From Dehalococcoidia bacterium (GTDB lineage: Bacteria > Chloroflexota > Dehalococcoidia > Lucifugimonadales > UBA3495), in NCBI GenBank assembly GCA_965263395.1, contig OZ253670.1, positions 1,865,826 to 1,929,825 of the forward strand: 64,000 nt of DNA, given 5' to 3'. Shown here piece by piece: positions 52,222-61,080 of this stretch (its first letter is position 1; every line of letters begins with the position of its first letter). The position numbers and the translations under genes were made by a program. The notes under the pieces are model-generated. The model did not search any database and was not told the DNA's origin. It worked only from the letters and a program-made list of their open reading frames with translations.

Positions 52222-53516
52222 AAGAAAACATGCCGCTCAGAACACCCCAGGAGGCCCTGCATTACTACTGCGGCCTGCTCGGGAAAATCCCCCAGGTCAT
52301 CGAGGTACGGACCGCCCCCGACGGCAACAACCTGATCGCCTGGACGATAATCTCCACCCCACCCTTCCAGAACAACCCCAGAGGATCGGTCCTGTCAGCA
52401 ATGATCGCAACCACAACCAGGATGGCCGACACCTTCATGGAGATCCAAATCATGAACATCCAAGAGCTCCCGGAGGACTCCGCCCCACTGCCCGGCGAAG
52501 CCGTGTGGAAACCGGAACCCCAGGACACACCAGCCACTCAACCCCCAGTGGCCACAGCACAACCCTCTGGGACAACTCCTCGCAGCACACCGGAAAACCA
52601 GCGCCGCTCCCCAGGGAGATTTGACGGGAGCAACACCTCCCAGCAGTCCACCAGCGAAGATGCACCCATGGCACAGACCCGTGGCGCCGCCCCCATGGCC
52701 ATCGTCTACGACTTCGACGGTACCCTCGCCCCCGGACGCATGCAGGACCGCCAGTTCATACCCTCCACCATCGGGATGGACGTGGACCAGTTCTGGCAGG
52801 ACGTCGACCGGAACACCATCCAACACCAGGCAGACCCCATCCTCTCCTACATGTTCGTCATGCTGGAAAAGGCCCGACAGTCCGGCACCATCATCCAGGA
52901 GCAGGCCCTGGCGCAGATCGGCCCCGGCACCATCTTCTTCCCCGGAGTCCAGGAATGGTTCGGCCAGGTGAACCAGGACGCCCTGCAACAGGGAATCAGG
53001 CTACGCCACTTCGTAATCTCCTCCGGCAACTCCGAGATCATAGAGAACACCACCATCGCCGGCGAGTTCGAGCGCATCTACGCATCCCGGTTCCTATACA
53101 ACCAGGACGGCCAGGCAGTCTGGCCCGCCCGGGTCATCAACTTCATCAACAAGCCCAACTACCTATACCGGATCAACAAGGGCGCCCTGGACCAGCAGGA
53201 CCTCTTCGTGATCAACGAGTTCATACCGGAACCGGAACGGGCTGTCCCCTTCGAGAACATCGTCTACATCGGAGACGGCGAGACCGATGTCCCCTGCTTC
53301 CAGACCATCACCAGCCAGGGCGGCCTGGCAGTCGCCGTCCACCAGCCCGGGGGCGGAGACGACGCCCGCCGCTACCTGAACGAAGGCAGAGTAGCCGCCG
53401 CGGTCAACGCCGACTACCGGCCCAACTCCAGCCTGCACCGGATAGTCCAGTGCCAGATCGGCATGATCGCAGCCCGCACCAAGCTCCGGAACGCCATCCA
53501 ACCCAAAAGAGCCTGA
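52218..53516 (+). CDS. HAD-superfamily hydrolase with N-terminal extra domain and Pro/Thr/Gln linker
   Basis: The DxDxT motif is IVYDFDGTL and the motif IV is YIGDGETD. ATGA overlap at 52218 (track start is 52053). Confidence 0.65.
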   Translation: MKENMPLRTPQEALHYYCGLLGKIPQVIEVRTAPDGNNLIAWTIISTPPFQNNPRGSVLSAMIATTTRMADTFMEIQIMNIQELPEDSAPLPGEAVWKPEPQDTPATQPPVATAQPSGTTPRSTPENQRRSPGRFDGSNTSQQSTSEDAPMAQTRGAAPMAIVYDFDGTLAPGRMQDRQFIPSTIGMDVDQFWQDVDRNTIQHQADPILSYMFVMLEKARQSGTIIQEQALAQIGPGTIFFPGVQEWFGQVNQDALQQGIRLRHFVISSGNSEIIENTTIAGEFERIYASRFLYNQDGQAVWPARVINFINKPNYLYRINKGALDQQDLFVINEFIPEPERAVPFENIVYIGDGETDVPCFQTITSQGGLAVAVHQPGGGDDARRYLNEGRVAAAVNADYRPNSSLHRIVQCQIGMIAARTKLRNAIQPKRA

Positions 53517-53609
53517 GAGAAAGCAGTCACTTTCAGGGACTGCGAACACGAGTGCACCGCATTCCAGGTGCATCACGAGGAAGAACAACAACCCAAAAAG
53601 GAGACGACA

Positions 53610-55631
53610 GTGACCACATCCACAACCGCCGGCCGGGCCCAGGAACTCCGGAAACAGATCCAGCACCATGACCACCTCTACTATGTCCTGGACCACCCCG
53701 GCCTGACCGACCAAGAGTACGACGCCCTGATGCGGGAGCTCCGGGAGATCGAAAAACAGCACCCGGAACTCCATGACCCCGACTCTCCGACCCAGCGCGT
53801 CGGGGGCGCCGTCGCCGCCGGCTTCCCTGAGGTCCAGCACCCCCAGCCCATGCTCAGCCTGGCCAATGCAATGAACGAGGAGGAGTTCCAGGACTGGCAA
53901 GAACGAATCACCAAGGGCACCGGCGAGGAGAAATTCACCATCACCATGGAGCCCAAGATCGACGGGCTCGCCATGCGCCTGGTCTACCAGGACGGACACC
54001 TCCTCCAGGCCATAACCCGAGGCAACGGCGCCTCCGGAGAGGACGTCACCCACAACGTGCGCACCATCCGGAACATCCCCCTCGTCCTGCAGGGCACACC
54101 CGAAAGCCCAGTGCCGGAACACCTGGAGGTCAGGGGCGAGGTCTACATGTCCCGGAAGGTGTTCGAAACCGCCAGCAAGGCCCGGGAGGAACGGGGCGAC
54201 CAGCCATTCCGGAACCCCAGGAACGCCGCAGCCGGCACCATCCGGCAGCTCGACCCCGCCCTGGCATCAGAAAGGCGCCTGAGCGCCTGGATCTATGGAT
54301 ACGCCCAGCCACAAACGCTGACCCACCACCAGGCCCTCATGACCCTGGCAGGCTGGGGACTGCCGGTGAACCCCCTCATCGAGAACTGCCAGAGCGTGGA
54401 TGAAGCACGGGAGTACCACCAGAGGCTGCAAGCAGGACGGGACGCCCTGGACTACGAGATCGACGGCGTGGTGGCCAAGGTGAACCGCCTGGACCTCCAG
54501 GAACAGATGGGCGCCACCAACCGGGAACCCCGGTGGGCCATCGCCTGGAAGTTTCCCTCCGGACAGGCCACCACAACCCTCCGGGAAATCAGCATCTCCC
54601 ACGGCCGCTTCGGGCGCCTGACCCCCGTCGCCGTCCTCGACCCGGTGGAACTGGGCGGCGTCACCGTCCAGTCGGCCAGCCTCCACAACCTGGAGGACAT
54701 CCGCCGGAAGGACATCCGGCCGGGTACCCAGGTCGTGGTGGAACGCGCCGGCGACGTAATCCCCCAGGTGACCGGCCCAGCCGACCCGGAGGAGAACGAG
54801 CGGGCAGAGCTCTTCCGGATGCCGGAGCGCTGCCCCTCATGCGGAGCAGATGTGGAAACCGGCGGCTCAGAGGCCGGGCACTGGTGCCCCAACCAGGACT
54901 GCCCGGCACTCCTCCCCGAACAGCTCAAGAGCTTCGTCGGCAAACGGGCCATGGAGATCGACGGCCTGGGCGAGCACTACTGCCAGCAGCTCGTCGAAAG
55001 AAAGCTCCTCACCAACACCGCCGGCCTCTACTTCGTCACCCGGGAACAGTGGCTCACCCTGGACCGGATGGGAGAAAGGCTGGCAAACCGCGTCCAGGGG
55101 AACCTGGAAGCCAGCAAGCAGCGGCCCCTGGCCCGGGTCCTCTACGCCCTGGGAATATTCCGCCTGGGCCGGGACGTATCGACAAAACTCGCCCAACGGT
55201 ACTCCAGCATGGATGAGATCCGGGTCCTCACAGCCGAGGAACTGACCAGCATGGACGGCGTGGGACCGGAGATCGCCCAGGCCGTCGTGGCCGGATTCCA
55301 GTCAGGACGCGTCAACAACACCATCAAGCTCATGGAACAGGCCGGGGTCAGAATGACCCAGGACCAAGAGGAAAAGGAGAAGGAAACCAACATGATAGCA
55401 GGAAGAAACCTCGCCGGACTGACCTTCGTGGTCACCGGAAAGCTGGAGGGCATGTCCCGGAACGACGCCCAGATGCTCATCGTCCAGAACGGCGGGAAGA
55501 CCAGTTCCTCCGTTACCAAGTCAACCGACTACCTCGTGGTCGGCGAGAAGCCGGGCAGCAAGCTCACCAAGGCCAACGAGTTCGGGGTCACCGTCATCGA
55601 CCAGAACCAGCTCTACGCCCTCATCGGGTAG
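53610..55631 (+). CDS. ligA: NAD-dependent DNA ligase
   Basis: The sequence reads AQELRKQIQHHDHLYYVLDHPGLTDQEYDAL, with the KxDG-like MEPKIDGLA, the zinc finger CPSCGA...C..C, and a C-terminal BRCT-like segment GLTFVVTGKL. GGAGA lies 6 nt before GTG 53610 (track start is GTG 53568). Confidence 0.9.
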   Translation: MTTSTTAGRAQELRKQIQHHDHLYYVLDHPGLTDQEYDALMRELREIEKQHPELHDPDSPTQRVGGAVAAGFPEVQHPQPMLSLANAMNEEEFQDWQERITKGTGEEKFTITMEPKIDGLAMRLVYQDGHLLQAITRGNGASGEDVTHNVRTIRNIPLVLQGTPESPVPEHLEVRGEVYMSRKVFETASKAREERGDQPFRNPRNAAAGTIRQLDPALASERRLSAWIYGYAQPQTLTHHQALMTLAGWGLPVNPLIENCQSVDEAREYHQRLQAGRDALDYEIDGVVAKVNRLDLQEQMGATNREPRWAIAWKFPSGQATTTLREISISHGRFGRLTPVAVLDPVELGGVTVQSASLHNLEDIRRKDIRPGTQVVVERAGDVIPQVTGPADPEENERAELFRMPERCPSCGADVETGGSEAGHWCPNQDCPALLPEQLKSFVGKRAMEIDGLGEHYCQQLVERKLLTNTAGLYFVTREQWLTLDRMGERLANRVQGNLEASKQRPLARVLYALGIFRLGRDVSTKLAQRYSSMDEIRVLTAEELTSMDGVGPEIAQAVVAGFQSGRVNNTIKLMEQAGVRMTQDQEEKEKETNMIAGRNLAGLTFVVTGKLEGMSRNDAQMLIVQNGGKTSSSVTKSTDYLVVGEKPGSKLTKANEFGVTVIDQNQLYALIG

Positions 55632-55651
55632 CCCCCCAGTCAAAAGCACAG

Positions 55652-55683
55652 CCGGGACCCAGGGCTTTGGCCCTGGGTCCCGG
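55652..55683 (+). terminator. hairpin ccgggacccagggc-tttg-gccctgggtcccgg after ligA
   Basis: A 14-bp perfect stem whose core sequence is identical to the hairpin at 26138-26162. Confidence 0.55.
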
Positions 55684-55724
55684 ACAAGAGCGCAAACAAT
55701 ACGCAGAAGAAAGGAGAACCTGCC

Positions 55725-56935
55725 TAGTACCGTTTCCAGAAAGTCTTACAATCATAAGGGAGATCAGGTAGGCTTGAGTAAAATCCTTTAGTGAGGCCGT
55801 ACCTGACATGCCTGTCTCCAAATACAAAGTCGAACTGACCCAATCCGAACGCTCCGCTCTGATTGAAACATCCGGCCGTGGCAAGCCGTTAGCCCGCACG
55901 GTAAAGCGGGCCCTTGCGCTGTTGAAAGCTGACGAAGGACTCTCAGACCGTGAGGCGGCTGAGGCGGTTTCGATCAGCGCCGCCACTGTTGCCAGAGTGC
56001 GCAGACGGTTCGCCGAGGAGGGAGTGGAAGCCGCAATCAACGACCGGCCACGGTCAGGCCGGGGGCGCAAGCTGAACGGCAGACAGGAGGCGCACCTCGT
56101 CGCCATCACGTGCAGCAATGCGCCCGAAGGACACGCGCACTGGACGCTCCAGCTACTTGCTGACCAGGTGGTGGCGATGGAGTTTGCCGGGAGCATCTCC
56201 CTGGAGACGGTGCGCCAGATACTCAAAAAAACGAACTCAAACCATGGAAGAAGAAAGAGTGGTGCATCCCCAAGGTGAGCGGGGAGTTCGTGGCCCGGAT
56301 GGAGGATGTCCTGGACCTGTACCACGAAGACTACGACCCAGAGCGTCCCGTGGTGTGTTTCGACGAGACCTCCAAGCAGTTGATCGAGGACGTGAGGCCG
56401 CCCATCAAGGCCAAGCCCGGACGGGTGGAACGCTATGACACCGAGTACCAGCGAAACGGGACCCGGAACCTGTTCATGTTCTGTGAGCCGAAGGGAGGAT
56501 GGAGACACGTCGAAGTGACCGGGCGCCGCACTGCTGTGGACTTCGCTCACCAGATGAAGTGGCTGGTGGACGAGGCATATCCTGACGCCACAGTGATCAG
56601 GCTGGTGTTGGACAATCTCAATACCCACAAGCTGGGCTCGCTCTACGAAGCATTTGGAGCGTCCGAAGCGCGTCGTATAGCCAAGCGCCTGGAGTTTCAC
56701 CACACTCCCACCCATGGAAGCTGGCTGAACATGGCCGAGATCGAGTTGAGCGTCTTCAGCAGACAGTGTCTGAACCGCCGGGTCGGCGATGAAGCGCTGC
56801 TGAGACGGGAGGTCGCCGCGCTCGAACGCGAGCGCAACGATGCTGGCGCCGTCATAGACTGGCGGTTCTCCACTCAGGATGCCCGCAGTAAACTCCAACA
56901 TATCTATCCATCAGGATTAAATTGAAACGGTACTA
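55725..56935 (+). mobile_element. IS630-family insertion sequence flanked by a TA duplication in a CTAG target
   Basis: The terminal inverted repeats are gtaccgtttc (55727-55736) and gaaacggtac (56924-56933). TA lies on both sides, and the reconstructed target is cCTAGa. Codon usage differs from the surrounding genes. Confidence 0.85.
55808..56925 (+). CDS. IS630-family DDE transposase, two ORFs joined by a -1 frameshift on an A7 run
   Basis: OrfA is 55808..56278 (HTH) and orfB frame runs to 56925. The A7 run is at 56225-56231. A shift to -1 restores the family hallmark LKKNELKPWKKKEWCIP. The D..D..E region reads VCFDE...LVLDNLNTH...SWLNMAEIE. Confidence 0.8.
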
Positions 56936-57246
56936 GACCCCCGCCCAGGACCTGGGACACCGCCCACCGCCACCTCATCGCCAAGCCGGGCCAGCCCGGC
57001 GAGGAGCACAAGCGGCTCCCCGTCCTCAGGAACGATGACGCCCTGCAGAAGAAAACCGTCTGGAACCTGAGCCTCCAAGATGACGAGACCTACCCCCCTC
57101 ATCTTCAAAAAGCTGGGCGGCGGCGGCGCCGCCCCATAGATCTTGGCCGCCGCCGCCCTCTGGTGGATTCGAAGGAAGAGCTCGAGAGACAGAGATCAGG
57201 CGAACTGGCCGGAAACAAGAAAAAACTGAAGGAAACACAACCATGA
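56935..57246 (+). other. start-less ORF abutting the IS630 right end (possible 3' part of a gene disturbed by the insertion)
   Basis: An open frame reads RPPPRTWDTAHRHLIAKPGQPGEEHKRLPVLRNDDALQKKTVWNLSLQDDE...KKKLKETQP with no ATG, GTG or TTG near its beginning. An AAGGAG at 55711-55716 is stranded on the other side of the IS. Confidence 0.25.
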
Positions 57247-60047
57247 GCAACACCCCCAGAACCGGTCCCGGAAGCGTATCGGGACCGCACCTCCTCGACT
57301 CAATCACCCTGTTTTTCAAGAAGGCCCTGCCCAGGACGACCGGACGGACAGAAGACCCCGCCAGAAGGCGGGGTCTTTTCAGTTTCAGGAAAGACAGGCA
57401 AGGTGGGAAAGGGATCCAATGGACAGGTACAGCCCCAGCCTACGCACAACAGCACCAGCCCGCCCCACTCGCAGAGCAGAGCTCCGTTGCCGTCATGACG
57501 GGAGCCCTCGTCCCCACACCAGAGGAAACCTCTCCTCCGGTTCAGGCAGAGTGCCCCTCCCAACAGGGGCACGAACACGAGTGCACCAAGACCAGTGCTC
57601 ACGAGGCGGAAGCCGGCGGCACCCAGGCTCAGATCAAAAAGTCCATCGAGACCGCCGGACAGATGATTGAGATATGTCTGGACGGAGACCCCGGGAAAAT
57701 CCGGGAGATCGAGGACATCCTCCAAATACCCTTCAGCACGGAGGCGGCAGAAATCGCTGCCCTGGCCGTCATACACGCCATCGCACGCACCGGCAAAATA
57801 CCCAGCGGAAATCTCAACAACAGGGCCGGACTCCTGCAGCAATGGGAACAGGCCGCAACTCCGGGAAGCAGCGAGAGATTCGTTCCCGTCACCCGGATGG
57901 CAGCAAAGCTGCTCCGGACCATCGGAGAAACCCCTGACGGGGAACCCACCAGGACCATGGCCCACGCCGCGGAGAACATCCAGGACCCATCAACTCTGGG
58001 AGACCTCATCCAGCGGCTGGTGCCGGACCGGAAGGCCCTGGGCGCCTACTACACCAGGCAGGCCTCGGCAACACTCATGGCACGCCTGGCAGTCCCGGAC
58101 CCCAGCGAGTGGACCAGCCCCAAAGAGGGACGCTGCCGCATCGCAGACTACGCATGCGGAACGGGAACACTCCTCAGGGCCGCCGCAATGAGGGTCAGGG
58201 AACTGCACTCCCAAGGGGGAGGAGACCCGACACTCATCCACCAAGCAATGATGGAGGAAGACATCACCGCCGTCGACGTCCTCCCCGCGAGCGTCGCCAT
58301 AGCCGTCACCGAGCTGGACGCCCTGGAGGAGAACCCTTCAAAAAACCCCGAGGGCACCCAGGGATTCACCCTCCGGTACGGCCCCATCGACCGCACCCCC
58401 GACCGCGGCTCGATCAGAAACCGGCTGATGGGAATGGGGGCGCTGGACATCCTGCACTCCAACATGCTCAAACACATCCCCAGGGACCCCATCGCCAGAG
58501 CTGAAGGGCACAGCGCCGACCTCATCCGTAACTGGCCCAGCATGCCGGCCGGCCTGAAACCCCACACCCAGGACCTGGTCATCATGAACCCCCCATTCAA
58601 CCGGGAACAGCTCGAACCCATGCCGCCGGTCGGAAACTCCCGCCCCACCACGAAGGGAGAGAAGGAAATGGCTCGCAAGCGGCTGCAGGAAGTCCGTGCC
58701 CTGACCCAGAGCAACATGACGAGCGGACTCGCCTACCACTTCTCAATCCTGGCCCACCGGATGGTCAGGCCAGGCGGGACCATCGCACTCCTTCTGTCCG
58801 AAACATCCCTCGTCGGGGGAACAGAGACCGAAAAAGGATGGATGGAGTTCCGGCGCATCATCGCCCAGAACTACAGGAACATCCGCGTCATAGGGATCAC
58901 CGGATTCGAAGAGAGAGACTCAACCTTCAGCCAGGACACCAAGATCGCAGAGGTAATCCTGATAGCACAACGGCGCATCAGGGGCCAGACGGGAAGCAGC
59001 TCAGCATCCTTCATCAGCGCCAACCGCCAACCCCAGGACGACCAGGATGCCCAGGTCATGAGCGACACCATCATGGATATCCTATCGAAAACCGGAAAAG
59101 CCGGCAGAAGAGAGATCCAGAAGACCAAACAGGGAGACCTGGAGGTCCGGGGCATCAAGGCCGCAATACCCAAGGACGGCGCACCCTGGCGGGAGACCCG
59201 GGTAGCACAATACGAGATAAACACCAACCTCGCAAAAATGGTCCTGCCAGGAAGGACCGGCAGCTACCGGGGAAAGCTCCCAACCGCACCCCTCAGCGAG
59301 ATTGCCAAAATAGGTCCTGCATCCGCCATCCTCGGCGGATGGAAATACAGGAAGCCGGCCAACCTGCCTCCCGGATGGCCCAGGGTCCCGGCACTGATAG
59401 CCCACCAGTGCGACGAACAGAGGAGCATCGAGACCGAGCCCAACGCAACCATCCCGATGGACCCGGACGGCAAGCTCAGGCTCGCCATCCTCCACATCAA
59501 CGACAACTTCCGCTTCAACTCCCAGTCCACCGGAGCCTGCACAACCAGCGTCCCATCAGTGGGGAGCAACCACTGGCCCACCATAGACCTGGACGACCAG
59601 GATACCCAGAGGCTCATCGCCCTCTGGATGAACACCACCATGGGACTCATATCCCACTGGAATGCATCCAGCAGGACCCAGCACGGCCTGGGATACGTCA
59701 ACAGCGTCAGCATGAAGAACCTGCGGGTCCTTGACCCCAGGGCCCTGTCGGACAGCCAGCTCGACAGCATCCAGGAACTGTTCAACAACACCAAGCACAC
59801 TCACCTCCTGGCAGCCAACGAAGCATGGAGAGACCCGGCACGGATGGAATTGGACCGGCGCATGCTCGACATCCTGGGCGCCACAAATGAAATCCGGAAG
59901 AATATCGAAATCACCCGGATCATCTGGTGCCGGGAACCCACCGTGATCAGCCAGAAGGGCAAGGGAGAACGCCACCAGAAGGACATCGACCTGCTCAACC
60001 AGAGAGAAGCCGAGCTGCTCCTGGCAAACCCAGGAATATCCCCGTAA
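57243..60047 (+). CDS. large N6-adenine DNA methyltransferase with C-terminal target-recognition-like region (type IIG/BREX-PglX-like architecture), orphan
   Basis: The motifs LGAYYTRQ, IADYACGTGTLL (motif I) and VIMNPPFN (motif IV) are present. The true start is probably internal (ATG 57495 or 57663), because a terminator sits at 57351-57383 and the first roughly 85 aa are not protein-like. Confidence 0.8.
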   Translation: MSNTPRTGPGSVSGPHLLDSITLFFKKALPRTTGRTEDPARRRGLFSFRKDRQGGKGIQWTGTAPAYAQQHQPAPLAEQSSVAVMTGALVPTPEETSPPVQAECPSQQGHEHECTKTSAHEAEAGGTQAQIKKSIETAGQMIEICLDGDPGKIREIEDILQIPFSTEAAEIAALAVIHAIARTGKIPSGNLNNRAGLLQQWEQAATPGSSERFVPVTRMAAKLLRTIGETPDGEPTRTMAHAAENIQDPSTLGDLIQRLVPDRKALGAYYTRQASATLMARLAVPDPSEWTSPKEGRCRIADYACGTGTLLRAAAMRVRELHSQGGGDPTLIHQAMMEEDITAVDVLPASVAIAVTELDALEENPSKNPEGTQGFTLRYGPIDRTPDRGSIRNRLMGMGALDILHSNMLKHIPRDPIARAEGHSADLIRNWPSMPAGLKPHTQDLVIMNPPFNREQLEPMPPVGNSRPTTKGEKEMARKRLQEVRALTQSNMTSGLAYHFSILAHRMVRPGGTIALLLSETSLVGGTETEKGWMEFRRIIAQNYRNIRVIGITGFEERDSTFSQDTKIAEVILIAQRRIRGQTGSSSASFISANRQPQDDQDAQVMSDTIMDILSKTGKAGRREIQKTKQGDLEVRGIKAAIPKDGAPWRETRVAQYEINTNLAKMVLPGRTGSYRGKLPTAPLSEIAKIGPASAILGGWKYRKPANLPPGWPRVPALIAHQCDEQRSIETEPNATIPMDPDGKLRLAILHINDNFRFNSQSTGACTTSVPSVGSNHWPTIDLDDQDTQRLIALWMNTTMGLISHWNASSRTQHGLGYVNSVSMKNLRVLDPRALSDSQLDSIQELFNNTKHTHLLAANEAWRDPARMELDRRMLDILGATNEIRKNIEITRIIWCREPTVISQKGKGERHQKDIDLLNQREAELLLANPGISP
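57351..57383 (+). terminator. canonical intrinsic terminator
   Basis: gaagaccccgcc-agaa-ggcggggtctt is followed by ttcagttt. It lies inside the 5' end of track ORF 57243..60047. Confidence 0.6.
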
Positions 60048-60140
60048 GAGCTCATCACAGCCGCACCAGCAACCCCGAATCCCCATAGCACGAGGCAGGC
60101 ATAGCCTCAGTGCCCCCCAGAGAAAAGGAGGAGATCCAAA

Positions 60141-60923
60141 ATGGTGAATGAGACCACCAGAAAGATGATGACCGGCCAGCTCGCAGAGCTGAGAGAGAAA
60201 GAGAAAGCAGCCACCGGGCTGGCAGAATACTTCCAGAACCAGATACTGAAACGGGAGTATTCATTGAGCCAGCTGGGAATCCCGATCCCCGATCACAACG
60301 ACAATCATCCCCGAAACCCTGAGGGGGAAACACCCCGAACCACCGGCGAAGAGACAGCCAGCCGGGAAGCCGGGAACCAGGAAGCCGAGAACCAGGAAGC
60401 CGAGAACCAGGAAGCCGAGAACCGGGAAGTCGAGAACCAGGAAGTCGAGAACCGAACCGCCACGGCAACGCCGGAGCCAAACGGTACCAAAACAAACTAC
60501 GCTCATGTCCCCGGACACCGGATGCAACAGCTACGCTACATGAACGGCGACGACATGACAGGGGCGGAGCTCCGGGAACTCGAACTCATGGAACAGCTCC
60601 AGGCCTGCCCCAACCAGAGCAGCATGATGCGAACCATCGCCGCCAGGACGGGTGACCGGAGCCAGGAAAGCTACCGGATACAGATCAGCAGCGCAGCCAT
60701 CCACATCATCGGCGCAGGACTGACCAAGATGGTGGACGCCAGGAACCTGGGAAACCACCTCCGGTACAGCATCCTGTCCAAAGACGCAGACCACTGGATC
60801 GTGGCGAGCAACAAGAACGATGCCCAGTTCTTCCCCGAAGGGAAACCCGTCACGGACGATTCCCCTCCGGTGGAACCCAGGGACAACCACCAGCCCCCTC
60901 ACAACGGCATGATGAACCTGTGA
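60141..60923 (+). CDS. unknown-function protein, paralog of 49557..50252
   Basis: AAAGGAGGAG lies upstream. The conserved C-terminus reads ACPNQSSMMRTIAARTG...YRIQISSAAIHIIGAG...ARNLGNHLRY...SNKNDAQFFP. Confidence 0.6.
   Translation: MVNETTRKMMTGQLAELREKEKAATGLAEYFQNQILKREYSLSQLGIPIPDHNDNHPRNPEGETPRTTGEETASREAGNQEAENQEAENQEAENREVENQEVENRTATATPEPNGTKTNYAHVPGHRMQQLRYMNGDDMTGAELRELELMEQLQACPNQSSMMRTIAARTGDRSQESYRIQISSAAIHIIGAGLTKMVDARNLGNHLRYSILSKDADHWIVASNKNDAQFFPEGKPVTDDSPPVEPRDNHQPPHNGMMNL
60366..60455 (+). repeat. 15-nt tandem repeat gaagccgagaaccag, 6 copies (variants)
   Basis: It encodes EAGNQEAENQEAENQEAENREVENQEVEN and is absent from the paralog at 49557. Confidence 0.9.
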
Positions 60924-60937
60924 CCCGGAGGGAGAGA

Positions 60938-61080
60938 ATGAACCAGGAAACCCGCTTCGAACAGCTCGCCCAAAGGTGGAGGCGGGAAACCTGCTTCCAC
61001 TCCATGCCCCACGGCATCATGGACAACGACCCCTTCCGGGAGATCGTCAGTATGGGAGAGCCAGCCATCCCCCTAATCCT
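60938..61080 (+). pseudogene. 5' fragment of a small gene split by the IS4-family element
   Basis: GGAGGGAG lies upstream of ATG 60938. The fragment reads MNQETRFEQLAQRWRRETCFHSMPHGIMDNDPFREIVSMGEPAIPLIL and then runs into the IS end. Confidence 0.7.
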
